Shown here piece by piece: positions 1 through 12,995 of a stretch of 64,000 nucleotides of DNA. The notes beneath the pieces are model-generated. The model was not told where the DNA came from and searched no databases. It worked only from the letters and a program-made list of their open reading frames with translations. The stretch spans positions 1,642-65,641 of the forward strand of contig CAYPGK010000002.1 in assembly GCA_964410055.1 (NCBI GenBank), in the 5' to 3' direction. Every line of letters starts with the position of its first letter. Positions within the stretch are counted from its first letter, which is position 1. The DNA is from an uncultured Gemmatimonadaceae bacterium. Lineage in GTDB: Bacteria; Gemmatimonadota; Gemmatimonadetes; Longimicrobiales; RSA9. The translations under genes and the position numbers were made by a program.

Positions 1-219
1 CAGCCCGACGATCATGTAGAAGGTCGTCGTCTTCCCCGCCCCGTTCGGCCCCAGCAGCCCCACGATCTCGCCCTGTGAGACGTGGAGGTTGACGTCGTTG
101 ACGACTCGCCTCTTGCGGAACTCCTTGACGAGTCCCCGCGCGGAGAGCGTGCTGCCCTGGGCCGGTGCGAGGTCCGTCGTATCCACGTACGCGGAGCCCG
201 CGATCTGCGGCTCGGTCAT
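1..219 (-). CDS. lptB: LPS export ABC transporter ATP-binding protein LptB (N-terminal 73 codons only; the rest lies left of the window)
   Basis: My own reverse translation from the ATG at 217-219 gives MTEPQIAG...[43 protein letters not shown], with Walker [10 protein letters not shown]. It follows the lptC/lptA-like genes. Confidence 0.8.
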   Translation of the reverse strand, partial: MTEPQIAGSAYVDTTDLAPAQGSTLSARGLVKEFRKRRVVNDVNLHVSQGEIVGLLGPNGAGKTTTFYMIVGL

Positions 220-233
220 AGTCAGCAAATTCC

Positions 234-1790
234 TTACCGTTCCGGTGGCGGCCCGTGCCGGCTCTCGGCGGGTGAGACGACGTCGTCGCCCGGTTCGCCG
301 CCACCATCTCCTTTCGGCTGAAGGTGATACCCCCGAATCGGGCCTTCGGCCTCCACACTCGTGACCTCGCCGTCGTGCAGGAAGAGGGTGATGCGGTTCG
401 CAATCAAGAAGTTCACCCCCGGCTGCGCCTTCCCCTCCTCGCGGATCCTGTAGAGCGACTGCGCCTTGCCCCCTTCTCCCACGGTGACCAGGCGCTCGAG
501 CACGACGCGCTCCTTCGCGCCGCCTTCCGAACCCGGTTCGGCCGCGGCCGTGTCCGGTACCGGCGCCTCGATGAAATAGCCGGTGATCGTGTCGCCCCGC
601 AGCCAGTCCCGCCCGACCAGTTCGGGGAGCAGCGCCGTCAGCGAGTCGGCGACCCGCTCGCCGTAGGCGTTCCCCACGGCGACGACCGTCTCCAGGCGCT
701 GGTCGGGGATCAGTGCATCGATGGAGTCGGCGACCAGCCAGAATTCCGTGGCCGTCGCCCGAGGCTGGGGACCGACCGTTCGGACCGGCGCACGCACGCC
801 AACTTCCGGGGCGCCATCCCCTGCGCCGTCCCCCGTATCGTCCCCTGCATCGTCCGCAGCATCGTCCGTGGCGCCAGCAAGGGCCGCCGAGGTGTCCGGG
901 CTCGCTTCCCCGGGCAGCCGCATGGCGATCATGCGCTGCACGGCGCCGTCGCGGAAGTAGACCTGGAGTTCGGGCGCATCGATGCGGAGGTCCTCGGAGA
1001 GGAGGATCGCGTCCTCGAGCGCGCGCACCTCTCGGAGGCGCTCACCATCCAGCAACGCAACGAGCCGTTCGCCGGTCAGGGTGAAGCTCTCGCCCTCGAT
1101 CATCGCATCGCCGATGAGGACCACGCGCTGGTCGATCTCGTCGAACTCGGCCTCTGCGGCCGTCCCGTGCGTGTCCCCGCGCTGCAGCTCGACGTTGCCG
1201 ATCCCGCGGAAAAGTCGTTCGCCGATGATCTCTATCACATCGGCATCGACCTCGAGGGGCGGCTCGGGCTCCGCCTGGGCTCCAGCGTCGCCGACCGTGT
1301 CCGCCGGCTGCCGCGAGTCGTAGAGCGTCGCATGCGGCCGCCCGCGGATGACCGCCCAGGGCTCCGGCCTGAGGTCCGTCGCCCGCAGGTACTCGAGCTC
1401 GCTCCCGTCCCGCACCACGGATCCGTCCAACTGATCCGTGAGCACCACGTTTCCGAGGGCGAGGAGCCGGCCGTCTGCGTGCTCGTACTCGACGCGGTCG
1501 GCCGTGAGTGACTTGAGCGAATCCTGGAAGAAGACGTGCCCGATGAACTCGCGCCGGCCCGTGGCCGTGTGGCTGACCATGCTGTCCGCCCGCACGACCA
1601 CTCCGTCGCGGCACTGGATCTCGGCCTCGCCCCTCAGGATCACGCGCTCCATGCTCGAGCCCTGGTTCAGGACGAGGAGGTCTTTGCCGTTGGTGATCTC
1701 ACACTCGCGGGCCGACGGCACCTGGCCAGCGACCGGCGAGATCGGCCACAGCGCCGCGAACCCCAGGAGCAGGGCCCAGCGCCGTCGCAT
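234..1790 (-). CDS. Secreted LptA/OstA-family protein, unusually long (518 aa)
   Basis: The track protein has a signal peptide ([23 protein letters not shown]), several OstA-like beta-rich segments and an acidic D/A/G linker. It sits between the lptC-like gene and lptB. Confidence 0.7.
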   Translation of the reverse strand: MRRRWALLLGFAALWPISPVAGQVPSARECEITNGKDLLVLNQGSSMERVILRGEAEIQCRDGVVVRADSMVSHTATGRREFIGHVFFQDSLKSLTADRVEYEHADGRLLALGNVVLTDQLDGSVVRDGSELEYLRATDLRPEPWAVIRGRPHATLYDSRQPADTVGDAGAQAEPEPPLEVDADVIEIIGERLFRGIGNVELQRGDTHGTAAEAEFDEIDQRVVLIGDAMIEGESFTLTGERLVALLDGERLREVRALEDAILLSEDLRIDAPELQVYFRDGAVQRMIAMRLPGEASPDTSAALAGATDDAADDAGDDTGDGAGDGAPEVGVRAPVRTVGPQPRATATEFWLVADSIDALIPDQRLETVVAVGNAYGERVADSLTALLPELVGRDWLRGDTITGYFIEAPVPDTAAAEPGSEGGAKERVVLERLVTVGEGGKAQSLYRIREEGKAQPGVNFLIANRITLFLHDGEVTSVEAEGPIRGYHLQPKGDGGGEPGDDVVSPAESRHGPPPER

Positions 1791-2344
1791 CAGAAGTCGA
1801 TCTCGACCTGGTCCGCGCGACCCCGGGGCTCGCGCAGAATGAGGTCGCGGAGCTGGCCGTTCGCGTCCAGCTTCGCCTCGAAGCTATCCCCCACGAGCCG
1901 CGCGTCGTTGTGCGTGTGCACGGTCGTGACTTCGCTCCAGATCCGTGACTGGTTCGGGTCGTAGTGCAACTCGTCGGTTTCGATGCGCCGTCCGTCGACC
2001 GTGATCAGCACCACCTGCCCCCGCGCGACCATTGCCTGCGTCCGCTGGTTCAACTCCCCCTCCTCGGAAGTCAGCTCGGCGGCCTGCTCGCCCGTGGCTC
2101 GAAACAGGGTGAGGTGAACCTTCGCAAGTTCCACTCGTGACGTCTCTTCGAACACGAAACCCGTGTCCGCGCGGAGCACGGCCTGGCGGATGCCGTCCTT
2201 CGTCACGAACTGCTCGAGGCCGACGACGACGTTGTCCGCCTTCAGCCGGGCGTACTCCTCGCCCGCGACCGGCCCCTGGTCGCCGGCGCTGCATGCAGCC
2301 GCGACGAGGGCGACGAACAACCAGCCCGCTGACCTATGGATCAT
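1790..2344 (-). CDS. LptC-like anchored periplasmic LPS-export protein
   Basis: I chose the inner ATG (2342-2344), giving MIHRSAGWLFVALVAAACSAGDQ... (184 aa). The upstream part of the 365-aa track ORF is Arg/Pro-rich and overlaps kdsD. Synteny is kdsD-lptC-lptA-lptB, with an ATGA overlap with the kdsD stop. Confidence 0.55.
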   Translation of the reverse strand: MIHRSAGWLFVALVAAACSAGDQGPVAGEEYARLKADNVVVGLEQFVTKDGIRQAVLRADTGFVFEETSRVELAKVHLTLFRATGEQAAELTSEEGELNQRTQAMVARGQVVLITVDGRRIETDELHYDPNQSRIWSEVTTVHTHNDARLVGDSFEAKLDANGQLRDLILREPRGRADQVEIDF

Positions 2345-3363
2345 ACCGCGCCAGCCCGCATGAGGTCGTGCAGGTGAACGATGCCGAGGAGCCGCTTGTC
2401 GTCGTCCACGACGGGGAGCGCCATGATGCCGTGCTTCTCCATGCGGAAGACCGCAGCGGCGGCCAGTTCGTCCGGCCCGATGACCTTCGGCTCCCGGTTC
2501 ATGACATCGGAGACCGGAACGCTGAGCGGATCGGGGTGACGCTCCATCAAGCGGGTCAAATCCCCGGCGGTGACCACGCCTATTACCCGCGACGAGGCGT
2601 CGAGGATCGGCACGGTGCCTCGCTTCTCGGCGAGGAGCACGACGCACTCGCGCATGGATGCGGCTTCCGGGAGCGACGGGATGTCGTCGACGAGCATGAC
2701 GTGCCGGACGCGGAGGGTGAGCTTGCGCCCCAGCGCGCCGCCCGGGTGGAGGCGGGCGAAGTCCTCTCTCGAAAAGCCGCGGCGCAGGAGGAGCGCGACG
2801 GCCAGCGCGTCGCCGAGAGCCAGGGTGACGGTGGTCGACGTGGTCGGCGCGAGGTCGTGCGGGCATGCCTCCTCGGCCACGGAGCAATCCAGCACCACCG
2901 TGGCGGCGTGGGCGAGCGTGGACTCGAGCCGGCCGGTCATCGCGACGATGGCTACACCGAGGCGCGTCAGATACTCGATCAGGCCGTTCAATTCCTCGGA
3001 TTCGCCGCTCTTCGAGATGAGGATCGCCACGTCGCCCCGGCCGACGATTCCCAGGTCGCCGTGCAGCCCCTCGACGGGGTGCAGGAAGATGGCCGGCGTG
3101 CCGGTCGACGTGAGGGTCGCGGCGATCTTGCGCCCGATGATCCCGCTCTTGCCGACCCCGCTCACGATGACGCGCCCGGGCGCATCGAAGAGCAGTCGGA
3201 CGGCGTGCAGGAAGCGCTCGTCGAGGCGCGCCTCGAGTGCGCCGAGCGCCTCGGCCTCCAGACGAACGACCCGCCGTGCGCGCTGCAGCAGCTCGTCATC
3301 GTCGCGGACGGCGATGGATCGCGCCTCCGGCCTGGCGGCGGTGGTTACGAAATCAACGCTCAT
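2341..3363 (-). CDS. kdsD: Arabinose-5-phosphate isomerase (KdsD/KpsF; SIS + tandem CBS)
   Basis: From the ATG at 3361-3363: MSVDFVTTAAR...GRVIVSGVGKSGIIGRKIAATLTSTGTPAIFLHPVEGLHGDLG (SIS domain), followed by a C-terminal CBS pair. Confidence 0.85.
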   Translation of the reverse strand: MSVDFVTTAARPEARSIAVRDDDELLQRARRVVRLEAEALGALEARLDERFLHAVRLLFDAPGRVIVSGVGKSGIIGRKIAATLTSTGTPAIFLHPVEGLHGDLGIVGRGDVAILISKSGESEELNGLIEYLTRLGVAIVAMTGRLESTLAHAATVVLDCSVAEEACPHDLAPTTSTTVTLALGDALAVALLLRRGFSREDFARLHPGGALGRKLTLRVRHVMLVDDIPSLPEAASMRECVVLLAEKRGTVPILDASSRVIGVVTAGDLTRLMERHPDPLSVPVSDVMNREPKVIGPDELAAAAVFRMEKHGIMALPVVDDDKRLLGIVHLHDLMRAGAV

Positions 3364-3928
3364 GTGACAGCTCCAAACCATCGCGGGCCCGCTGGTACTC
3401 GACGACCAGGCGGCTCCACTCTCCGCGTGCCTTGAGGAGGGCTTCGGCGAACTCACGGACGGCGCCGTTCCCTCCCCTGCGCCGGGTTTGCCAGAGGGCG
3501 AGCGCCTTGACCTCCGGGACCGCGTTCGCAACGGCGACGGGCAGCCCCACGCGGGTGAGCACGGCCAGGTCCGCAAGGTCATCGCCGACGAAGGCGACGT
3601 GCTCCCAATCGACGCCATGGTCGGCCATCAGGCGCTGCAGCGCGGGGAGCTTCCGCGCGCTCGAATCCTGGTAGCACTCGATCCCGAGCTCCTCGGCACG
3701 GATCCGAGTCGCCTCCGACTCGCGCCCGCTCACGAGCGCGACCGGAAGTCCCGCAGCGCGAAGCATACCGACCGCGATCCCGTCGGTGATGTCGAACTTC
3801 TTGAGCTCGACCGCCTCGCCGCCCTCGGTCCTGCCGATGTAGACGCCGTTGTCGGTGAACACGCCGTCCACGTCGAGTGCCACGAGGCGCACGCGGCGAG
3901 CGAGCTCGGCCGGGATACGCCTAGGCAC
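3353..3928 (-). CDS. kdsC: Kdo-8-phosphate phosphatase KdsC (HAD family)
   Basis: Contains LVALDVDGVFTDNGVYI...KKFDITDGIAV...FVGDDLADL. There is no ATG; GTG at 3926-3928 overlaps the kdsA stop by 8 nt and is the likely start. Confidence 0.72.
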   Translation of the reverse strand: MPRRIPAELARRVRLVALDVDGVFTDNGVYIGRTEGGEAVELKKFDITDGIAVGMLRAAGLPVALVSGRESEATRIRAEELGIECYQDSSARKLPALQRLMADHGVDWEHVAFVGDDLADLAVLTRVGLPVAVANAVPEVKALALWQTRRRGGNGAVREFAEALLKARGEWSRLVVEYQRARDGLELSHER

Positions 3929-4789
3929 CGGACGCCTCCCTGGACTCCGCGCCCGCCGGCGCGCCGGCAACGATCTCGCGGATCGCCAGCACCGACTCCA
4001 GCAGCGCCCGCAAGTGGTCCAGGCGGAGCATGTTGGTGCCGTCGGAGGGCGCCCGGGCAGGATCCGGGTGCACCTCGAGGAAGAGCCCATCGGCCCCGGC
4101 GGCGACCGCAGCGCGGACCAGCGGCGGGACGAATTCCGGATCGCCGCCGCTCGAGCCGTCGGCGCGCCCCGGCCGCTGCACCGAGTGCGTACCGTCGAAG
4201 ATCGCCGGCGCGCCCGTCGCCTCCCGCATCCGGGCGAACGAGCGCATGTCGACGACGAGGTCTCCGTAGCCGTGGAACGTCCCGCGCTCGGTGACCGTGA
4301 CCGCGTCGGCGCCGGCCGCCCGCGCCTTGCCCACCGCGCCCGCCATCTCCTCGGGCGCCATCCACTGCCCCTTCTTGATGTTGACCGCCCGGCCGGCGGC
4401 CGCGACCGCCGTGACCAGATCGGTCTGCCGGCAGAGGAAGGCCGGGATCTGGAGTGCGTCGCACACCTCCGCGGCGGGCTCGGCCTGCCACGGCTCGTGG
4501 ACGTCGGTGATCACGGGCAGCCCCGATTCCTCGCGGACGCGGGCCAGGCGACGGAGCCCCTCCTCGAGACCCGGGCCGCGCGGCGAATCCACACGACTGC
4601 GGTTCGCCTTGTCGAACGATGCCTTGAAGATGATCGGCAGACCGAGCTCCTCCGAGATGCGCGCCAGCTCGACCGCGACGCGAACGTTCAGCGCGTCGTC
4701 TTCGAGTACGCACGGCCCGGCAATCAGGAAGAACGGCCCGCCCACGCGGAAGAGCCGGTCCGTCGCCACGACGCCCTCCATCGGCGACA

Positions 4790-4790
<1 letters not shown>
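3921..4790 (-). CDS. kdsA: 2-dehydro-3-deoxyphosphooctonate aldolase (Kdo-8-P synthase)
   Basis: MSPMEGVV..FFLIAGPCVLEDD...IFKASFDKANRS...ALQIPAFLCRQTDL; the full-length 289-aa ORF. Confidence 0.9.
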
Positions 4791-7253
<2,463 letters not shown>

Positions 7254-7315
7254 GAAATGTCTGCCGGGAGAACCTTCGTTCCTATGCAAATTTTGCGCCC
7301 ATTTGGACGCGGTCT

Positions 7316-7345
7316 AGTATAACCGGCCGGGTCCGCGTCCGACAA
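7316..7345 (-). promoter_or_regulatory. Candidate sigma70-type promoter for the kdsB-pyrG-kds/lpt operon
   Basis: The minus strand reads TTGTCG-N18-TATACT in an AT-richer island upstream of kdsB. Confidence 0.3.
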
Positions 7346-8879
7346 CCCCCGTAACGACGCCGTACGCGTGGCACCCCGCTACGGGCGGCGCCAGGGGCGC
7401 TCGTTGTCGAACGGCCACGCGAGGCCGATGTCGAGCTCCAGCGCGTCCAGCGGATCTGCAGGGTTGGTCGTGATTCGGACGTACGGCACGAAGAACTCGA
7501 GGCGGATGCCGATGTTCTGCTCGAGGTCGCGGCGCACGTCGTCGGTCCACGCCATCCCGAAGGCGTGAAAGAACTTGAGGTCGGGCGGGCCAACAATGGG
7601 CAACGAAAAGCGTTGCGGCAGTGGGACGATGTAACGTGTTTCGGCGAACACCAGGCGATCGCCGAGGAACTGGCCGGTCGCGAACGTCGGCAGCGTGGAA
7701 GACCCGCCGACGAAGCTCCACCGCTGCCTTGGCAGCGAAGCGGTCCCCGGGAGTGGGCCCTGGAAGCGCCACTCGACCTGGAGCAGGTGGTTGGCGAGCG
7801 CATCCATCGCCCATTCGCCGGAGAGGACGAAGCGGCCGAAGCTGAAATCGCCGCCGAGGACGTCTTCGGCGAACTCCAGATCGGCGCCGACCTGCGCAGC
7901 GGCAAAGCGGCCGATCCACTCTCCGGCGAGGCCGACGAGGATACTGGAAATGCGACCGTCGTCGATCGGCGGGTTGAAGCGGAAGCCGTCGCCCAGGACG
8001 ACCCAGGGGCTTCCGGCGCCGAGGGACTCGTCGCGTTCGAGCTGGGCGCGAAGCCGTGCAATACCGCCCAGGCCGTCGCGGCCAAACTCACGCGAGAGTT
8101 CGGCGTAGGCGGCCTCGGCCTCGTAGTAATTGCGCTGATCGCTCCCCTTGGCCAGGAACGACAGGCTGTTCCTGAGGTCGCCCCGGATCCAGGCATCCTG
8201 CGTCGCGGTCCGCTCCTCGGCGCCGACGGCGAATCGGGTGCGGCCGCGACGCGCCTCGAGCTCGAGCCCGCCGTTGACCGCGCCACGGCCGGAGGCGTGG
8301 CCGATCCACCCATTGAGCCGGGGTTGAATGCGACGGAGCGGCGGAAGGAGGAGACCCGCGCCCCAGCGCAGCCCCAGCGCATCGACGCGGTCGTAAGTCG
8401 GAGGCCCGAAGCCGAACACCCCGTCCAGCTCGAGGAGGGGCACTTCGGCCTCACCCCGGATCCGGACCACGTTCCCCTCGAGGGCGACCGAGTACGGCGC
8501 GAGCGGCGCATTGACGACCTCGCCGCCGACCTCCGCCAGGGCGGATGGATAGAGCCCACCGCCGAAATTGAGGACGTCGCCGTGAACGCGTGCGGAGGGG
8601 CGGAGGAAGAGATTGGCGTCGACGCCGATCAGGTCTCCGGCGACGGCGCCCTCGAGCGTCAGCGTCGCCCCTGCGACGAGCAGCGTCCGGGGCACGCTGT
8701 CCCCCCGGGCGATGAGCGTGTCGCGCGTGACGAGGACGTAGTCGCGCCGGGCGAGGATCTGCTCGAGACGCGGGTCGAGGTCGACGTCGCCCCGGCCGGA
8801 GAAGACGACCGTCTGGCCGAGCCCGACGGCGGGCCAGAGGGCGAGGACCGCGGCCAGGACGACGGCGCGCAGAGCCGCG

Positions 8880-9455
<576 letters not shown>

Positions 9456-9538
9456 GGCGCCAGCGCCCGGCGGAAGGGACTTCCCGTTGACGCAGGAAGA
9501 TTAGATGACCGTCCCGCGAAGGACAAGGAGGCGAGCGG

Positions 9539-10429
9539 CTACCCCCGGGGGTGGAACTTCCGGTGCACGTCCCGCAGGTACTCGCGGTCGACGTGCGTGT
9601 AGATCTGGGTGGTCGAGATGTCGGCATGGCCGAGCATCTCCTGAACCGCCGCGAGGTCGGCGCCTCCTTCGAGGAGGTGTGTGGCGAACGAATGTCGCAG
9701 CGTGTGCGGGCTGACGCGCTTGGTGATCCCGGCGCGTTCCACGTGCTTGCGCAGGATCTTCCAGACGCCCATGCGCGTGAGCGGCCGGCCGCGTGCGTTC
9801 AGGAAGACGACCCCCTTCCCTCCCCCATTCTCGAGTCTCGGCCGGACTTCGCGCAGGTACACGTCGAGCGCCCGAATGGCGCTCCGTCCGACCGGGACCA
9901 GACGCTCCTTCGCGCCCTTGCCGAACACGCTCGCGAACCCCTCCTCGATCGAAACGTCGCGCACCTTGAGGGTGATGAGCTCGCTCACCCGCACGCCGGA
10001 CGCGTAAGCGAACTCGAGAAGCGCGCGGTCCCGCCAGTACAGTGGATCGGTGGGATCGGGCGCCTCGAGCAGCCGCACCACCTCGTCGCGGCTCAGGACG
10101 CCGGGGAGTCGGCGCCAGACCTTGGGCGCCTCGAGCCTCTCGCTCGGGTCGGCGACCACGTGGCCCTCGGCCACGAGGAAGGCGAAGTAGGTGCGGATCG
10201 ACGAGATGTTCCTGCGGATCGAGGTGGGCTCGAGTCCGCGATCCTTGAGCGTGTAGACGTACTCGCGCAGGTGCGCCGCCGTGGCCGCGCCCGGCCGGTC
10301 GACTCCCTGCTCGCGCAGGAACGCGACCATCCGCCCGACATCGCGCCCGTACGCGTCCAGCGTCCGCGGACTGAGCCCACGTTCGAGCGACAAATGGTCG
10401 AGGAATGCGCGAAGGTGGAACACGGTCAT
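9539..10429 (-). CDS. Tyrosine recombinase, XerC/XerD type
   Basis: The inner ATG (10427-10429) gives MTVFHLRAFLDHLSLERGLSPRTLDAYGRD... Catalytic motifs present: ASGVRVSEL, HTLRHSFATHLL, LGHADISTTQIYTHV. Confidence 0.88.
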   Translation of the reverse strand: MTVFHLRAFLDHLSLERGLSPRTLDAYGRDVGRMVAFLREQGVDRPGAATAAHLREYVYTLKDRGLEPTSIRRNISSIRTYFAFLVAEGHVVADPSERLEAPKVWRRLPGVLSRDEVVRLLEAPDPTDPLYWRDRALLEFAYASGVRVSELITLKVRDVSIEEGFASVFGKGAKERLVPVGRSAIRALDVYLREVRPRLENGGGKGVVFLNARGRPLTRMGVWKILRKHVERAGITKRVSPHTLRHSFATHLLEGGADLAAVQEMLGHADISTTQIYTHVDREYLRDVHRKFHPRG

Positions 10430-11040
10430 TCCTGGCTGTGGCTGCGCCGCGTCCGCCACCACCAGACCAGGACGATGACGAGCAGCGGAATGGCGATCCA
10501 GAGGAGGATGCCGCTCACTCGCGAGAAGATCTCGACGATCTGCTCCCAGCGCCTCCCCGCCGTGGCGCCGATGAAGACGAGCACGCCGTACCAGATCCCG
10601 GAGGCCACGGCGAGCGGCAGTACGAGACGGATCGGCGGCAGGCGGATGATCCCGGCGAAGACCGGGACCATGGCGCGGAACGCGGGGAGGAACCGGCTCA
10701 GGAAGATGGCCGGCACGCCGAACCGGTCGTAGAACCGCCCGATCCCCGTGAGCTGGTGCGGCCGCAGCAGCCAGTGCCCCACCGTGGTGCGGAAGAAGGC
10801 AGCCCCGTACTTGCGGGCGAGTGCGTAGACCGTAAGTGCTCCCACCACGTTCGTCAGCCACGTGATCAGGAACACCGTGAGCGGATCCGCCCGCCCGGTC
10901 GCCGCGACGAAGGCGCCGAAGAGGACGAACGTGTCCGCCGGGACGGGCGGGAAAATGTTCTCGATCACGGCGCCTGCGCCGATCACGAGGTAGATCAGCG
11001 CCGGCGGCAGGCCCGAGAGCTGGTCGACGACGTCGCTTAT
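10426..11040 (-). CDS. DedA-family membrane protein
   Basis: Contains ...LIYLVIGAGAVIENIFPPVPADTF...FLSRFLPAFRAMVP. The track ORF starts at GTG 10986, but the in-frame DedA-like sequence continues upstream to an ATA (11038-11040) preceded by GGGAGGGG. There is an ATGA overlap with xerC/D. Confidence 0.65.
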   Translation of the reverse strand: MSDVVDQLSGLPPALIYLVIGAGAVIENIFPPVPADTFVLFGAFVAATGRADPLTVFLITWLTNVVGALTVYALARKYGAAFFRTTVGHWLLRPHQLTGIGRFYDRFGVPAIFLSRFLPAFRAMVPVFAGIIRLPPIRLVLPLAVASGIWYGVLVFIGATAGRRWEQIVEIFSRVSGILLWIAIPLLVIVLVWWWRTRRSHSQE

Positions 11041-11062
11041 GGCCCCTCCCGCGTGCGCCGCC

Positions 11063-11548
11063 TCACTCGACTGCCGAGTCGATCATCGCGACCGCGACCG
11101 TCGCGATCCCCTCGGCGCGTCCGATCCAGCCCATCCCTTCGTTGGTCTTGCCCTTCACCGAGACCCGATCCGGCGTGACGCCGAGCGCTTCGGCAAGCCG
11201 CGACCGCATGGCCTGCACGTGAGGGGCCAGCTTGGGTGCTTCGCAGATCACCGTCACGTCGACGTTGACGACCCGGTGGCCGTGCGAACGAAGAAGCCCT
11301 GCCGCCGCCCGGAGGAGTTCGATCGAGTCGGCGTCCTTCCACTGTGGGTCGCTCGGCGGGAAGTGCGTACCGATGTCGCCGAGCGAGGCGGCGCCGAGGA
11401 TCGCATCCGTGACCGCGTGCGCCACTGCATCGGCGTCCGAATGACCGGTGAGCCCTCGCTCGTGCGGGATCTCGACGCCGCCGAGCACGAGGCGACGACC
11501 CTCGGCGAAGCGGTGCGAGTCGTACCCGACGCCCACCCTCATCCCCAC
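11063..11548 (-). CDS. ispF: 2-C-methyl-D-erythritol 2,4-cyclodiphosphate synthase
   Basis: MGMRVGVGYDSHRF...GHSDADAVAHAVTDAILGA... Confidence 0.93.
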   Translation of the reverse strand: MGMRVGVGYDSHRFAEGRRLVLGGVEIPHERGLTGHSDADAVAHAVTDAILGAASLGDIGTHFPPSDPQWKDADSIELLRAAAGLLRSHGHRVVNVDVTVICEAPKLAPHVQAMRSRLAEALGVTPDRVSVKGKTNEGMGWIGRAEGIATVAVAMIDSAVE

Positions 11549-11576
11549 CTCCAGAACCCGTTGGTGCCCGTCAGCC

Positions 11577-12845
11577 TCACGCGTGGCCGGCGGCTACGGG
11601 CTCCCGCCAGGTGCAGCAGGGGCATCCGGCGGAGTCGTCCTCGACGTAGGTGTAGTCCTGATAACGACGGCGCGGCGTGAACCCCGCGTCCTCGATCAGG
11701 CGACGGATCTCGGCTTCGGGCATGATGTAGTCGATCCCGGCCGCGCTGACCACGTTCTCCTCGATCATGAGCGAGCCGAAATCGTTGGCGCCGAACGCGA
11801 GCGCGGCCTGCGCCATCTTCGGCCCCTGCGTCACGTACGAGACCTGAACGTTCTCGAAGTTGTCCAGGATCAGCCGCGAGAGCGCCGTGGTCCGCAGGTA
11901 ATCCATCCCCGTCCCCAGCTCGATCCCCCACCCTTCCATCTCGGTGTGGAGCGGCTGGAACGACCAGGTAATGAACGCCGTGTAGCGCCCCTTCCCCCGT
12001 GCCAGGCTGCGCTCCTGCGATGCACGCACCTTGAGCAGGTGCTCGAGCCGGTCTTCCCACGTCTCGCCCACGCCGTACATCATGGTGACCGTGGTGTGGA
12101 GCCCGATCTCGTGCGCGGTCTCGTGGATTTCGAGCCACCGGCTCGCATCGATCTTCTTGGGCGCGATCACGTCACGCACCGCGTCGACCAGGATCTCCGC
12201 GCCGGCGCCCGGGATGGAGTCCAGCCCCGCCTCGTGCAACTGCCTCAGCACCTCGTCCAGCGGCAGCTTGGAGACGCGCGTCATCATCTCGATCTCGGAC
12301 GCGCTGAACCCGTGGACGTGGATCGGGTGATGCTCCTTGATGTGGCGGAGCAGCTCCAGGTACCAGTCGAGGGGGAGGTACGGGTTGTGGCCGCCCTGCA
12401 TCAGGATCTGGACCGCGCCGAGCTCCTTGGCCTCATCGATCTTGCGGCCGATCTCCTCGTAGCTCAGCACGTACGCCTCGTCGTCCTTCGGCCGGCGGTA
12501 GAATGCGCAGAACCGACAGTCCGTGACGCAGAGGTTCGTGTAGTTGATGTTCCGGTCGACGATGTAGCTGACCACATCGCCGGGCGCCACCTCGCGGCGC
12601 TTCGCATCGGCGCGGCCGGCGAGTTCGAGGAAGGGCGTCTCCCGCAGCACGCCGAGCCACTCCTCGATCTCCGCCGCGAACGGCCGCGTGTGCAGCGGCG
12701 GCGGCTCGTAGACCACCCTGGGCAGAGGATTGCGCACCCCCACCGCCCCCTCGGGCGTCGCCTCCCGCCGCCGGGGCGCCACCGTCTGAAGAATCGGGAG
12801 CGCACGCTGCTCGCGCGCCACCCGCCCGTTCGAATTCTCCGCCAT
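11577..12845 (-). CDS. Radical-SAM enzyme of the MqnC/MqnE (futalosine menaquinone) family; MqnC-like by my recollection
   Basis: Contains IVDRNINYTNLCVTDCRFCAFYRRP (CX3CX2C) and ...ILMQGGHNP. The N-terminal ~45 aa may be over-called. Confidence 0.8.
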   Translation of the reverse strand: MAENSNGRVAREQRALPILQTVAPRRREATPEGAVGVRNPLPRVVYEPPPLHTRPFAAEIEEWLGVLRETPFLELAGRADAKRREVAPGDVVSYIVDRNINYTNLCVTDCRFCAFYRRPKDDEAYVLSYEEIGRKIDEAKELGAVQILMQGGHNPYLPLDWYLELLRHIKEHHPIHVHGFSASEIEMMTRVSKLPLDEVLRQLHEAGLDSIPGAGAEILVDAVRDVIAPKKIDASRWLEIHETAHEIGLHTTVTMMYGVGETWEDRLEHLLKVRASQERSLARGKGRYTAFITWSFQPLHTEMEGWGIELGTGMDYLRTTALSRLILDNFENVQVSYVTQGPKMAQAALAFGANDFGSLMIEENVVSAAGIDYIMPEAEIRRLIEDAGFTPRRRYQDYTYVEDDSAGCPCCTWREPVAAGHA

Positions 12846-12938
12846 CGCGCTCTATCCCTTGTCGATCTCCACTGCTCCGACCCCGACACCGGCCGAAGCA
12901 GCCCTTCCCAATCTCCGCCCGCTTTCGCGCCCCATCCG

Positions 12939-12984
12939 GGCCCTTGGTGGTCCGATCACCCGGCCCTTGGTGGTCCGATCACCC
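12939..12984. repeat. Perfect tandem duplication, 2 x 23 bp (GGCCCTTGGTGGTCCGATCACCC)
   Basis: Copies at 12939-12961 and 12962-12984 are identical. They lie in the intergenic region between the two mqn-family genes. Confidence 0.95.
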
Positions 12985-12995
12985 GGATCGAGCCC

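Noticed and set aside
9539-10429. Tyrosine recombinase as a marker of an integrated mobile element.
   Set aside because: Its sequence and length are typical of chromosomal XerC/XerD. It is embedded by 4-nt overlap in a housekeeping operon. There is no adjacent tRNA, att-like repeat, phage or transposon gene, and no compositional shift.
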